A DNA stretch of 64,000 nucleotides from Squalus acanthias (lineage: Eukaryota). The DNA lies in assembly GCA_030390025.1 (NCBI GenBank), contig CM059431.1, positions 149,422,001 through 149,486,000 of the forward strand, written 5' to 3'. Numbering within the stretch: the first letter of the stretch is position 1; the number at the start of each line of letters is the position of its first letter. This document shows, piece after piece, positions 36,901 through 50,560 of the stretch. The notes under the pieces are model-generated. The model was not told where the DNA came from, made no database searches, and saw nothing but the letters and a program-made list of their open reading frames with translations. Made by a program: the position numbers and the translations under genes.

Positions 36901-37912
36901 TTCGGGGACCTGCTCGATGGCGGAGCAGCGGGCTGGATGGCGCCAGAGCAGTTGGTGCGGCGCCTCTCCTGGGGCGACGTCTGGCGCGCGACCAAAGCCA
37001 TCGAGTCGCTGAAAGTGGCACTGGGCCCGGACTCCACTATGTGTATCGAGGAGGCTCAAGCACGTGGGGCGATCCCGTCTGAACTGACCTCCGTTCGGAC
37101 GGAATTTCTCATCGGCGCGCAGCCCTGAAACCCCTCTCGGGAACCGGCGCCTCACAACTTGAGCCCTCTCGGGGAAATGCCCTCCGTGCCCTTCAGTTCT
37201 GCATGGAGGGGTTTCCTGTACGAGCTGCTCCTGCACACTTTCCACTTTGTCATCTTCGCCTGCCGTTTGGACACGCCTTGGCGTGCCATCTTGCCTTCTG
37301 GCGGAGGCGAAGGTCCCCAGTAATGGCTCTCAACGCGGGGGTCCTCCCCTTTTCAATTGGGGACTTGGCCTGGAGGGTGTGCACGGAGCAGTCCCGTGCA
37401 GTCAGTTTTTAAGTAGGTTCACGGACTCCCAGGCCACCTGTCTTTTTTGCGGCCTCGAGGAGTCCGTGTCCCACGTGTACAAACAAGGAGAGAGGTTGCA
37501 GCCCCTCTTTGAATATTTGAAGGGCCTGCTCCTCGCTTTTTGGTTGCAGTTCAGTCCCACACTCTGATCTACGGTCACCCGGTGCGGAGGGGAGAGGGCA
37601 GTTCGGAGGACCTCCTCGTAGGACTGCTCCTGGGCCTGGCCAAAGTGGCCATTAACAGGTCCAGGCAGCGTGCGGTCGAGGGGGTCGTTCGGCCCAATTG
37701 CCTACCTCTCTTCCACGGCTATGTTCGCGCCCGGGTGGCCCTGGAGATGGAGCACGCGGTGTCCGCCGGCACACTTGAAGCCTTCCGAGACCGGTGGGCA
37801 CCGCAGGGACTGGAGTGCATCGTCTCCCCGGACAATGTTATTTTAGTTTAATGAGATAAGTTTCATTTGAAGTTTTGTTAATTTACAGTCGTTTTATGTT
37901 GACTCAAAAAGA
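30976..37912 (+). mobile_element. Tx1-clade (L1 group) non-LTR retrotransposon, near full length, inactivated
   Basis: ORF1 ~31898-33945 with CCHC knuckle CHACKDVGHIRKNC (32501-32542); ORF2 ~33977-37851 with APE (LLETH, GDFNC, TDH), RT (SPGLDG, KNWRPFSLLSTDYKI, LDQEKAFD, SAYTDD) and C-terminal CLFCGLEESVSH; several stops/frameshifts. Confidence 0.95.
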
Positions 37913-40900
37913 GTACAAGTCCTACAATTAAGAGCAGCTGAAGGCAGTTAATTAGGGAAACAAGAATAAACTGGTTCTCCTGTAGCAGAACCCAGCAAGC
38001 TCCTTTGTTTGAGGGCCTATAAAAACAGGCTTTGAAATGCGATTTTGCACTGAGTGCGGTTTAAACAGAGGGCTGCGAGATGGATGAGTCACAGAGTTAG
38101 GTGCGGTGTGGAAGGAGGTGCTCCCTTGCTTCGCCTTTGTTTTTCTGAAGGAACTGGTTCTTACTTTACACCAAGGAAAGATTCCGAGAGCGGGAGCAAT
38201 CAAAAAACAACAACTGCGAAACCACTGACGTGACGTCACAAGCAGGGAAGCATCTGATTGGTCAGTGAGACCTGGTGATTATTTCTACAGTCCAGTCGTT
38301 AAAGTAAAAGTAAGGACGCTAGTTTAGAGCTAGTATTGTTTCAAGGGCGGTAAGGTCCCTGGTGTATTTAGTATTCTTTAATTTACAGGAACTAAATGGA
38401 GTAAATTAAGGGCTGGACATGGCAGGGCAGCTCGGCTGAGTGGAGTGCTCCTACTATGCTTTGTGGGAAGTCATAGACACTTTATGTGTCCAGGGCAAAC
38501 ATATGTGCAGGAAGTGTCTCCAAGTGCATCTACTCGAAATCCGCGTTTCGGAGTTGGAGCTGCTGCTGGAGTCACTGTGGAGCATCCGCGAAGCTGAGAT
38601 CTTCGTGGATAGCCCGTTGAACGAGGTGGTCACAACGCAGGTAAAGAGTGCACATGCAGACCGGGAATGGTGACCACCAGACAGAGTAAAAGAACTAGTA
38701 AGGTAGTGCTGGAGTCCCCTGGGTCCATCTCCATCTCCGACAGATTTTCCATTCTCGATACTGATGGGGGAGATGGTCTCTCAGGGGAATGCAGCAAGTG
38801 CCAAGTCTGTGGCACTAATGGTGGCTCAGCTGCACCGGAGTGGAGGTAAAAGAGTGGGAGAGCAAGAGTGATAGTGGATTCTATCGTAAGGGGAACAGAT
38901 AGACGTTTCTGTGGCTGCAGACGTGACTCCATGGTGCAAAAGTGAAGAATGTTACTGAACAGCGACAGGGCATTCTAAAGAGGGAGGGCAAACAGTCAGA
39001 GGGCGTGGTTTACATTGGCACTAACGACATGGGTAGAAAGAGGGATGAGGTCCTGTATCCAGAATTTAGAGGGCTAGGTAGCTCATTAACAAGCAGGACC
39101 TACAAGGTTGTAATCCCTGCTTTACACCTGGTGGCACGTGCTAGTGAGTTTAGGAATAGGAGGATAGAGCAAATGAAAGCGTGGCTAAAGAGTTGGTGCA
39201 GGAGGGAGGGCTTTAGTTTCCTGGATCACTGGGTCTGTTTCTGAGGAAGGCAGGGCCTGTACAAGTCGGAAGGGTTGCACCTGAACTGGAATGGGACCAA
39301 CATCCTTGCGGGAGGTTTGCTGGTACTGTTACGGGGGTGGGGGGGGTGGGGGTGGGGGTGGTGGGGGAGCGGTTAAACTAAAATGGCAGGGGAATGGGAT
39401 ACGGAGTGCAGCTATAGTAGGGGTGATGCACAGCCAAATATAGAGGAAAAAACAAGTGAGCCTGGAATGCAGAGCAAATATGTAACTGCACAATGGAGTA
39501 TGGCTAGGCTGGATGGCATTTCTTTTAATGCAAGGAGTCTTGCGAGTAAGGCAAATAAATTGAATGTGTGGATAAATACATGGGAGTATGATATTGTTGC
39601 TATCACAGAGACATGGTTGAGTGAGGGGAAGGATTAGCAGCTCAATATTGCGGGATATAGAACCTTCAGGCGAGACAGAGGTGGGTGAAAAAGAGGTGGG
39701 GGTTTTTGCAATATTAATCAATGTGTCAATTTCTGCTGTAAGAAAGGATGATATCTTAGCAGTTTCCTCTAATGAGGCCATATAGGTAGAACTTAAAAAC
39801 AAAAAGGGGGCAAGCACTTTGCTGGGAGTGTCTATCGGCCCCCAAAAATTCTGGGGGAGATAGAGGAACAGATATGTAGGCAAACCTCAGGGAATTGTGG
39901 AAATAATAGGGTAATAATAGTAGGGGATTTCATCTTTCCCAATATTAACTTGGAGAGCCAAAGTGTGAAAGCCTTAGAGGGTGCAGAATTCTTAAAGTGC
40001 ATCCAGGAGAGCTTTTTGTGCCAGCATTTAGAAAGTCCTGCAAGAGAGGGGGCGGGACTGGACGTAATTCTAGGAAATGTAGCCGGGCAAGTGGTAGAAG
40101 TGTCAGTCGGAGAGCTTTTTGGTGACATTGACCATAATTCGCTGAGATTTAAGGTAGCCCTCGAAAAGGTCAAAAATGGACAGGAAATAAAAGTTCTAAA
40201 TTGGGGGATGGTCGATTTTAATATGGTAAGGCAGGATCTGGCCAAAGTGGACTGGGATCAGTTATTTAATCGGAATTCCACATAAGTGCAGTATGAGTCT
40301 TTAAGAAAGGAAATAGAGAGAAAACAACGCCAACATGTTCGCGTAGCGGTCAAGGGTGGGACCAACAAGCCCAGGGAATCATGGATGTCAAGGGATATAC
40401 AAGAATGGATTAGAAAAAAAGGGAGGCTTTTTGCAGATACAAAGTACTAAAAACATTCGAAGCCCTAGAGGAGAATTGAATGTGCAGGGGGGTAATTAAA
40501 AAAGAAATTAAGAAAGCGAAGAGGGGGGCATTAAAAAACACTGGCGTGCAAAATTAAGGACAATCCCAAGATGTATGATAAGTATATTAAGGGCAAGATG
40601 ATAACCAGGGAAAGAGCAGGGCGTATTGGGGACCAACGTGGCAATATTTGTGTAGATCAGGAAGATGCAGATGATGTTCTAAATGAATATTTTGCACAGT
40701 GTTCACTATGGAAAAGGAGATATAGGCATAGAAATCAGGTGGGGGTATTGTGATATACTTGAACAAATTATTATTGAGATAGAGGAGGTACTAGCGGTGT
40801 TAGCGAGCTTAAACGTGAATAAATCCCCACGCACTGACGGGATGTATCCCAGGCTGCTTTGTGAGGCAAGGGAGGAGATTGCAGGGGCTCTTGCACAAAT

Positions 40901-42229
40901 TGTCAGAACCCCTCTGGCCACTGGGTACTTGTCAGAGGACTGGAGAACAGCTAACGTAGTACCATAGTTCAAGCAGGGTAGTTGGGATAAATCAGGGAAT
41001 TACAGGTCAGTGAGCCAAACAGGAATGGTCGGGAAATTATTGGAAAAAAATCTGATTCTACATGGACTTCAGTAAGGAATTTGACAAAGTCCCACATGGG
41101 AGACTGGTCAAGAATGTAAGAGCCCATGGGATCCAGGGCAATTTGGCACATTGGATCGAAAGTTGGCTTAGTGGCAGGAGGCAGAGGGTGATGGTCGAAG
41201 TTTGTTTTTGTGGCTGGAATCCTGTGTCCAGTGGTGTACTACAGGGATCTGTGCTGGGTGCTTTGCTGTTTGTAGTTTACATTAATGATTTAGATATGAA
41301 TGTAGGAGGTATGATCAGTAAGTTCGCAGAAGACACGAAAATTGGTGGAGTGGTAAATAGCGAGGAGGGAAGCCTCAGGCCAGAGAACGATGTAGACGGG
41401 TTGGTTACATGGGCAGAACAGTGTCAAATGGAATTTAGCCCTGAAAAGTGTGAGGTGATGCATTTTGGGAGTACTAACAAGGCAAGGGAATACACAATGA
41501 ATGGTAGGACCCTAGGAAAGACAGTGTATCAGAGGGACCTTATTCTGCATGTAGATCCCTTAAGGCAGAATGACAGGTAGATAAGGTGTTTAAAAAGACA
41601 TATGGGATAGTTGCCTTCATTAGCCGAGGCATAAAATATAAGAGCAGGGAGCTTATGATGGAGCCGTATTAAACGCTAGTTAGACCATTGTGTGCGGTTC
41701 TGGTCGCCACACTATAGGACGGATGTGATTGCATTTGAGAGGGTGCAGAGGAGATTCACCAGGACGTTACATGGGCTGGAGCGCTTCAGCTATGAAGATA
41801 AACTGGACAGGCTTGGGTTGTTTTCATTAGAGCAGAGAAGGCTGAGTGTGGACCAGATTGAGGTGTACAAAATTATGAGGGCCATAGATAGGGTTGATAG
41901 AAAGGAACGTTTCCCCTCTGTAGAGGGGTCAATAACCAGGAGGCATAGATTCAAGGTAAGGGGCAGGAGGTTTAGAGGGGATTTGAGGAAAAACTTTTTC
42001 ACCCAGAGGGTGATTGGAATCTGGAACTCACTGCCTGAAAGGGTGGTAGAGGCAGGAACCCTCACAAAATTTATATAGCATTTAGATGCGCACTTAAAAC
42101 GCCATAGCATACAAGGCTGCGGACCAAGTGCTGGAAAATGGGATTAGAATAGACAGGGCTTGATGGCCGGCGCGGTCGCGATGGGCCGAAGGGCCTCTTT
42201 CTGTGTTGTATAACTCTATGACTATGACT
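37913..42229 (+). mobile_element. CR1 LINE, near full length, degenerate
   Basis: ORF1 from 38419 with Cys-rich segment, coiled coil and SGNH-esterase motifs (DSIVRGTDRRFCG, IGTND, GLHLN); ORF2 APE (FNARSL, AITETWL, GDF) and RT (DFSKEFDKVPH, GVLQGSVLG, KFAEDTK); (CTATGA)n tail 42215-42229. Confidence 0.93.
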
Positions 42230-42998
42230 AGGGAAGCAAATCTGCCTTCGTTACCCATTCTGGACGAAATGTGCCTCCAGGCCCAAGCAATGTGATTGAC
42301 TCATAACTGCTCCTCTGAAATGGCCGAGAAAGCCACTCAGTTCTATAAGGCTGCTCACCACCACCTTCTCCAGAGCAATTAGGTTCGGGCAATTAATGCT
42401 GGCCTCGCCAGCGGCGGCCTGATCCCAAGAATGTTATTATTAATTCAAAGTCCGAAAGATGTCTGATTTTAAGAGGTAAATTGGAGGTGTTGGTTTTTTG
42501 TGCTGCATTCGGGGGCGATTTCTACCCCCTCGCGTGAGCCTCGTCCCCCTGATGCCAATTGGAGGAATCCAACTGCTGACCTGGGGGTGAAAAGTAATTA
42601 TGGCAAAATACTAAACATAAACAAACTAACGTTTGGCATTTTCAAGATGCAAATCCTTTACTGGACACTTGTCAATGAGTTGGGGCTAAAGACAATGATG
42701 AGAAATTTAAAATCGAGGGTTTGCCTAACGGGGAGACAATGTAGATCAGCGAACACGGCGGTGAAGGGTGAACGGGACTTTGTGCGAGTTAGGACACGTT
42801 CCGAACAGTTTTCGATCAGACAGAAATGCCGTTAATAATTTTAGACATAATTCTTGCATCTCCTCACCCTGGAGCAATCTGACACGGAAGATAACAAATG
42901 ACTTTGAATGGGTTAAAGCCGAGCATTTGAGAGGCACATTCTAAGTCCAATTCGGCAGCACGCTTTGACATTTGATATCTGCCAATGTCTCTAGACAA

Positions 42999-43114
42999 GG
43001 GTCGAGAAATTCGTCTTGGGCGGTGGCGCTAAACGGGTATTCTCGGATCGGGCGCCCGCTACACGCAGCGCGTTATATTCAGTTCCACTTCAGTCAATGA
43101 CGAATTTCTAAGAC
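42999..43114. mobile_element. Tiny MITE-like element with terminal inverted repeats
   Basis: GGTCGAGAAATTCGTC ... GACGAATTTCTAAGAC; a similar smaller relic at ~44307-44373. Confidence 0.55.
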
Positions 43115-43309
43115 TAAGTCTTCAATTCTTAACACTACTTTTACAGCAAAGGTTTCTCTGTAACTCTTTGAAGCTACTTCTGTGTCAAGGAACTAGTCTC
43201 AGTAATCCTGCACCATCAACACCACTGTGTTCCCAAAACGCATGGTCCCCTGTTTAAAAAAAACAAAATCCATTCCGGCTCTTCTTAACATGCAATTTTA
43301 ACATCCAAC

Positions 43310-44290
43310 AACAAGGCTTTTTAATGAGGTAGAACCCTTCATACAGGCTTTCTAAAGAGACAGGTTCAGTCACACAGCCTGTAAAAGGAACAGGACCAGT
43401 CACACAAGCTTTTGAGAGAGACAGGACCAGTCACAGCGGCTTTTCAATGAGCCAGGGATAATCACACAGGCTATTTGTGTCCTGGCCAATATTTATCCCT
43501 CAACCAGCATAACAAAAACAGTTGATCTGGTCATTATTACATTGCTGTTTGTGTGAATTTGCTGTGTTGAAATTGGCAGCCGCGTTACCTCTATTACAAC
43601 ATTGCTTCACAAGTACTTCATTGGCTCAAAAGCGCTTAGAGACATTCGGTGGTTGAGAAAGGCTCTACATAAACGGTAGTCTTTCCTCTTTATTTTAAAG
43701 GGACAGATTCAGTCACACAGACCTTTAAATCAGATAGGGCCAGTCACAAAGGTTTTATAAAGAGACAGCAACAGTCATACAGGCTTTTTAAAGAGACAGA
43801 ACCAGTCACACAGGCTTTTTAAAGAGACAGAACCAGTCACACAGGCTTTTTAAAGAGACAGAAACAGTCACACAGGCTTTTTAAAGAGACAGGACCAGTC
43901 GCAGAGATTTCTTAAAGAATCTGAAACATTATCGCAGTCTACTTAAAGAGACAGGACCAATCACACAATTTCTAAGGAGACAGGACCACTCACACAGGTT
44001 TTTTAAAGAGACAGGACATCTCGCAAAGTCTTGTTAAAGTGATAACACTGGACACATAGAATATACAAAGTTACAGGTCTAGACTCACATGCTCTTTAAA
44101 GAGAACGGTCATAAAAGGCTTTATAAAGTTACAAGTCCATTCAGACAGTCTTTGTAAAGAGGCAGGACCAATCACACAAGCTTTTTAAAAGAGACAGCAC
44201 AAGTCACACAGACTACTTAAAGAGACATGAACAGTTACACGGGCTTTTAACAGAGACAGAAACAGTCACACATGCTTTATAAAGAGAAAA
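43310..44290 (+). repeat. 31-bp minisatellite interrupted by a DeuSINE 3' fragment (~43475-43690)
   Basis: Unit AAAGAGACAGAACCAGTCACACAGGCTTTTT. Confidence 0.9.
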
Positions 44291-44469
44291 AACGATGAAA
44301 GCTCAAGGGTCCTGGAAATTCCTATCGAGCGACGGCACTAAACAAACTATTTCGGATCGGAAATTCTAGGCCCTCATATCGGTCTTTACCGATTCTTAGA
44401 CCATTAATGTTCGTTCACAGATTGTAATCTTCACCTGAATCTGACACCTTAGAACCTGCTTATTTTGCA

Positions 44470-46295
44470 GAGGTGCAGTACTGAGGGAACGCTGCACTGT
44501 CAGAAGGTCAGTACTGACGGAGCACTGCACTAAGGCGCAGTACTGAGGGAGAGCTAAACAGTTGGAGGGTCAATACTGAGGGAGCACTGCACTGTCGGAG
44601 GTTCAGTACTGAGGAAGCGCTGCACTGTCGGAGGTTCTGTGCTGAGGGAGCGCAGCACTGTCGGACAGTCAGTACTGAGGGAAGACTAAACTGTCCGAGG
44701 GTCAGCACTGAGGGATCACTAAACTGTCGGATGTTCAGTAGTGAGCGAGCGCTGCACTGTCAGAGGGTCAGTACTGAGGGAGCACTAAACTGTCAGAGGG
44801 TCAGTACTGAGGGAGCAATAAACTGTCGGAGGGGCAGTACTGAGGGATCGCTGCACTGTCGGATCATCAGTACTGAGGAAGCGCTGCACTGTCGGAGGTT
44901 CTGTACTGAGGAAGCGCTGCACTGTCGGAGGTTCTGTACTAAGGGAGCGCTGCACTGCTCCATGGGCAGCACTGAGTGATCGCCGCCCTGTCCGAGTGGT
45001 AAAACTGAGGGTGCGCTGCACTGTCGGAGGGACAGTACTGAGGGAATGCTGCACTGTCGGACCGTCAGTACTGAGGGAGCGCCACACTTTTGGAGGGACA
45101 GTACTGAGGGAGTGCTGCACTGTCGGAGGGGCAGTACAGAGGGAGCGTCGCACTTTCGGAAGGACAGGACTGAGGGAAAGCTGCACTTTCGGAGGGTCAG
45201 TACTGAGTGAGAGGTACACTGTCGGAGGGTCAGTATTGAGGTACCGCTGCTCTGTCGGTGGCGCTGTACTGAGGGAGCATTGCACTGTCTGATGCGCAGT
45301 ATTGAGGGAGCGCTGCTCTGTCGGACCAGCAGTACTGAGGGAACACTGCACTGTCGGATGGTCAGTAATGAGGGAGCACTAAACTGTCGTAAGGTCAGTA
45401 CTGAGGAAGCGCTGCACTGTCGGTGGTTCTGTACTGAGGGAGCAGTGCACTGTAGGATGGGCAGTACTGAGTGATCGCCGCACTGTCGGACGGTGAGTAC
45501 TGAGGGAGTGCTGCCATGTCGGATGGTCAGTACTGAGGAAGTGCTCCACTCTCGGAGGGCCAATAATGAGGGAGAGCTGCACTGTCGGAGGGGCAGTATT
45601 GAGGGAGTGCCGTACTGTTGGAGGCGCTGTCCTGAGTGAGCGCTGCACTGTCAGAGGGGCAGCACTGAGGAAGCGCTGCACTGTCGGAGGGGCAGTACTG
45701 AGGGCGTGCTGCCCTGTCGGAGGGGCAGTACTGAGGGAGCGCTACACTGTCGGAGAGGCAGAACTGCGGGAGAGCTGCGCTGATGGATGGTCAATACTGA
45801 GGGACCGCTGCACTAACGGAGGGTCAGTACTGAGTTAGAGCTACACTGTAGAAGAGTCAGTATTGAAGTAGCGCTGCGCGGTCGGAGGTTCTGTGCTCAG
45901 GGAAAGCTGCACTGTCTGATGGGAAGCACTGAGAGATCGCCGCACTGTCGGAGCGGCAGTACTGAGGGAGAGCTGCACTGATGGAGGGTCAGTACTGATG
46001 GAGTTCTGCATTGTCGGAGGGTTCGTAATGATGAAGCGCTACACAGTCAGAGGGTCAGTACTGAGGGAGCGCTACACTGTCGGAAGGTCAGTACTGAGGG
46101 AGAGCTGCACTGTCGGAGGGGCAGTACTGAGGGAGCGCTACACTCTCGGAGGGTCAGTAGTGACGGAGTGCTGCACTGTCGGAGGGGCAGTACTGAGTGA
46201 GTGCTGCACTGATGGAGAGTCAGTACTGAGGGACCACTGCACTATCGGAGGGCAATACTGAGGGAGCGCTGCACTGTCGGAGCTGCAGAACTGAG
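44470..46295 (+). repeat. 33-bp minisatellite derived from the DeuSINE Deu domain
   Basis: Unit GGTCAGTACTGAGGGAGCGCTGCACTGTCGGAG; runs directly into SINE body at ~46315. Confidence 0.93.
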
Positions 46296-46642
46296 GGTGC
46301 ACTGACTTCCCGGATGGGCCGTCTTTCGGATGCATCGTTAATCTGAGGCCACGTCTGCTCTCTCTCAGCTGGATGTAAAAGATCACATGGCACTATTCGA
46401 AGAAGAGCAGCGGGGTTTTCCCCAGTGTTCTGGCCAATACTTATTTCAATCAACATCACTAAAACTGATGACCTGGTTGTTATTGCAATGATGTTTGTGG
46501 GAACTTGCTGTGTACAAACTGTCTGCCGTGTTTCCTAAAGTACAACACTGACTTCACTTCAAAAGTATTTATTTGACTGTAAAGTGCTTTGGGACATCCC
46601 AAGGTCGTTAAAGGCGCTCTGTAAATGCTAGTCTTTCTTTCT
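46290..46642 (+). mobile_element. DeuSINE/SacSINE1-like body and tail
   Basis: CCGTCTTTCGGATG..GATGTAAAAGATCACATGGCACTATTCGAAGAAGAGCAG..AAAGGCGCTCTGTAAATGCTAGTCTTTCTTT. Confidence 0.88.
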
Positions 46643-47275
46643 TAATAGTAACTTGCAAAAGGTATTCGATAAATACTTGAAAAGGAGCAATTTTCAGGAC
46701 TATGTGGAAACATAATAATTGTTCACTGCCATTCACGAAAGGATATGACAGCATTGAAGTAATCTGATCGGTTGTTTGTGGGATCGCTTGACACTGTTTA
46801 ATTTCATCCCACTGAACACGATGGCAGTGCCACAGGATACGATGGATGCTGTCCTCAGTGTGAAGGCGAGACTCCTTCTCCACAAATATTGTGCAGTGGT
46901 CAGTCCTACCAATATCGTCATGGACAGATGTATATCCGATAGGCAGATTGGTGAGGACGAGGTCACACAGGCTATTTTCTCATGTTGCTTCTCCCACCAC
47001 CTTCTGCAATCCCAGTCTTGCAGCTCTTCTTCAGTGCTCTGTTAATGCTGGTGCTTCTGAGTCACTCTTGGTGATGGTCATTGAAGTCTCCCCTCCCAAA
47101 CCCAGAGACTATATTTTGTGCACTTTTTGCTCTCGGCGCTCCAACCAACTGGTGTTCTGCATGAAGATGTGCTGATTCCTCAGCAGAATCAGGGTGGTCG
47201 TTGATAATCAGCAGGAAGTTACCTTGCCCATATCTGACTGGAAGACATGAGACTTCATTGTGTCCTTAGGCAATG

Positions 47276-50200
47276 GACAACCCCAACATCGATTGACCGG
47301 AACGCCATAGTGCTATCGTTGCCCGGGAGCTCAGACGTTTCGATGTAGACATCGCCGCCCTAAGTGACACACGACGGGCAGGGGAAGGTCAGCTCAAGTT
47401 GCAAGGCGGTGGTTACACCTTCTTCTGGAATGGCAAAGCTGAAGAGGAACGCTCCCTCCATGGGGTAGGCTTCGCCATATAAAATGAGCTAGTTGGGCGT
47501 CTGAGACTCCCCTTGTGGAATAAAGGAACGCCTCATAATTCTACCACTCACCCTAGCCAGGAACAATGCGCCAAGGTCATCAGTGCGTGCGCCTCAACAC
47601 TGGAAGCAACAGACGATGCCAAAGAGGAATTCTACTCCAGCCTCGAATAATCACTGTCCCGATTCTCAACGGCCCACAAGCTAATCCTCCTTGACGGCTT
47701 TAACGCTAGAGTTGGAAAGGACAGAATTCTGGCGAGCTGTGATCGGCAGAGAGGGGGTAGGTGAACCCAACTACAACAGTAACCTCCTCGTTACGAAATG
47801 CTTAGAAAATGGCTTTGTCATAACCAACATCTTGTTAAATCGGCTTTACAAATACAAGAATTCATGGCAACACCCTCGCTCTAAGCACTGGCATCTGCTG
47901 AACTACGTCATGGTCTGAGCGAGGGGCAGCATGGATGTCCGCATAACCCGCGACATGACAGGAGCTGACGACTGCTAGACAGACCACCGCTAATCCGCTC
48001 TGTCATCTCCATTAATGTATCCCCAAAACAGCAGCGGCAACAGAGACAATGCCGCAGGAAAATCAACGCTGGAGCACTCAAAGACCCCGCTCTGAAAGCT
48101 CTATTCAGCCTGTGCTTCACCAACAACCAGCTCTCGGTGTTACAATAAACCTGTGCTCTGAATGAAGATGTGCTGATTCATCTGCTGAATCAGGGTGGTA
48201 GGTGGTAATCAGCAGGATTTACCTTGCCCATTTCCCACTGGATGAATGAGAACTCATTATGCGAATATACAAGTGATTCAGAGACACAGAGTGTCCACAG
48301 CGCCTGGTCTGCACTCAAGGTCTCCATAATCAGCACCTGTGAAGACACGCTTGGTCACTCGAACAGGAAACACCAAGACTGGTTCGACGAGAACGGCCAG
48401 GAGATCCAGGAGCTAATAAATCGCAAGCGAAAGGCATTCCTGATCTGGAAACAGCAACACAATTCGAGAGCAAGAAAACAGCTCTATAGACGCCTTAAGG
48501 CCGAGGTCCAACAAAAACTCGCGATCTAAAGAACAGATGCTGCGTGGAGGAAGCGCAGGAGATCCAGCAGCAAGCCGACAACCACAACATGCGTGGATTT
48601 TTTAGCGCAGTCAAGACCACCTACGGCTCAAAAACAATAGGTCCTACGCCACTGCGGACCAAGAACAGAGAGGTAATCATCAAGGAAAGAGAGGCAGCCA
48701 GTGCCCGCTGAAAGAAGCACTTCGGAGATCTCCTTTACCGAGACTCTGTCTTCGACGTGACTGTCCACAATTCCATCCCGCAGCATGCTACCCGCCACCA
48801 CCTCAGCACAAAGCCAGCCCGGCATGACTTTGAAAAGGCCACCTGTCAACTGAAGAACAACACGGCCTCAGGAACAGATGGAATCCCCGCCGCGGCGCTA
48901 AAACATGGCGGAGAAGCAATATTGGCGCGAATACATGAATTCATTTAATTTATTTGGAAGGAAGAGAGCATTCCAGGCGATCTCAGAGATGCCATAATCG
49001 TTACCATCTTGAAAAAAGGTGACAAGTCCGATTGCGTTAATTAGAGAGGAGTCTCCCTGCTGTCTGCCACAGGGAAAGTCATCGCAATAATCCTCATCAA
49101 TTGCCTTCTCCCAGTGGCTGAAGAGCTCCTCCCAGAGTCGCAATGCGGATTCTCCCCTCTAAGGGGCACAATGGACATGACCTTCACCGAGCGGCAAATA
49201 CAAGAGAAATGCAGGGAACAGCACCAACCGCTGTACATGGCCTTCTTTGACCTCACAAAGACCTTCAACACATTCAACAATGAGGGATTAGGGAGTGTCC
49301 TCCTCAAATTCGGCTGCCCTCAAAGGTTTGTCATCATCCTCTACCTGCTTCATGACGACATGGAAGCTGTGATGCTGACAAACAGATCCCCCATAGACCT
49401 AATTCACGTATGGACCTGGGTCAAGCAAGGCTGTGTTATCGCACCAAAGCTCTTCTCGATCTTCCTGGCTGCAATGCTCCATCTCAGCATCAGTACACTC
49501 CCCGCTGGAGTGCAGCTAATCTACCGAAAAAACGGGAAACTGTTCAACCTCCCTCGCCTCCAGTCCAGATGCAAGGTCGTGCCTTCCTCTGTCATCGAAT
49601 CACAGTATGCAGACATCTGCGCACACTCGGTATCCGAACTCCAAACCACCGTCAACACCTTCACCGAAGAGTACAGGAGCATGACCCATAACTAAACATC
49701 CATAAGAGAAAGGTCCTCGACAAACCTGCCCCCACCACATAGTACAGCCCCCCGATTATCAAAATCCACGACCATGCCTTTGACAACGTGAACCACGTTC
49801 CATACCTCGGGAGCCTATTGTCAGTGTGCCAGTGCAGCCTTCATTCGCCTGAGGAATAGAGTGTTTATTGACCAGGACGTCAAACCCGCAACCAAGCTCA
49901 TGGTTTACAAGGCAGTAGTGATTACTGCCCTCCTGTACGCTTCAGCGACATGGACAATGTACAGCAGACACCTCAAAGCACTGGAGAGCTCCCTCCAACG
50001 CTGCTTCCTCAAGATCCTGCAACTCCATTGGCAGGATAGGCGCACAAACGTTAGTGTTCTCGGTCAGGCCAACATCAGCAGCATCGATGCTTTGACCACA
50101 AAAGATCAGCTCCGATGGACGGGCCACATCGTCCTCAAGCCCGATACGAGACTCCCAAAACAAGCGCTCTACTCGATGCTCCGACACGGCAGGAGAGCCC

Positions 50201-50560
50201 TAGGTGGGCAGAGGAAACGCTTCAAGGACACCGTCAAAGCCTGCTTGGAAAAGTCCAACTTCCCCTCCGACAATTTGAATTCCTGGACCAAGACCGCTCA
50301 AAGTGGAGGAGAAGCAGCCAGGAGGGCACCAAACACCTTGTGTCTCTTTGCCAGGAGCAAGTGGAAGCCAAGCACAAACAGTAGAAGGAGCGCACGTCAA
50401 CCCAAGCACACACCCACCCGTCCCTTCAAACACCGTCTGCCCCACCTGTGACAGAGACTGTAGGTCCCGCATTGGACTCATCAGTCACCTGAGAACTCAT
50501 TTTTAATGAGGACGAAAGCCATCCTCGCTCCCGAGGGACTGCCTAAGGAGAGAAGAACAA
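47276..50560 (+). mobile_element. RTE-clade LINE (slightly 5'-truncated) inserted in unit B
   Basis: Collinear with 9300-12330; TSD GCAATG at 47270-47275 and 50561-50566; empty site in unit A at ~1257-1266. Confidence 0.93.

Noticed and set aside
44470..46295. CRISPR-like array
   Set aside because: Head-to-tail units without unique spacers, eukaryotic context, no cas genes
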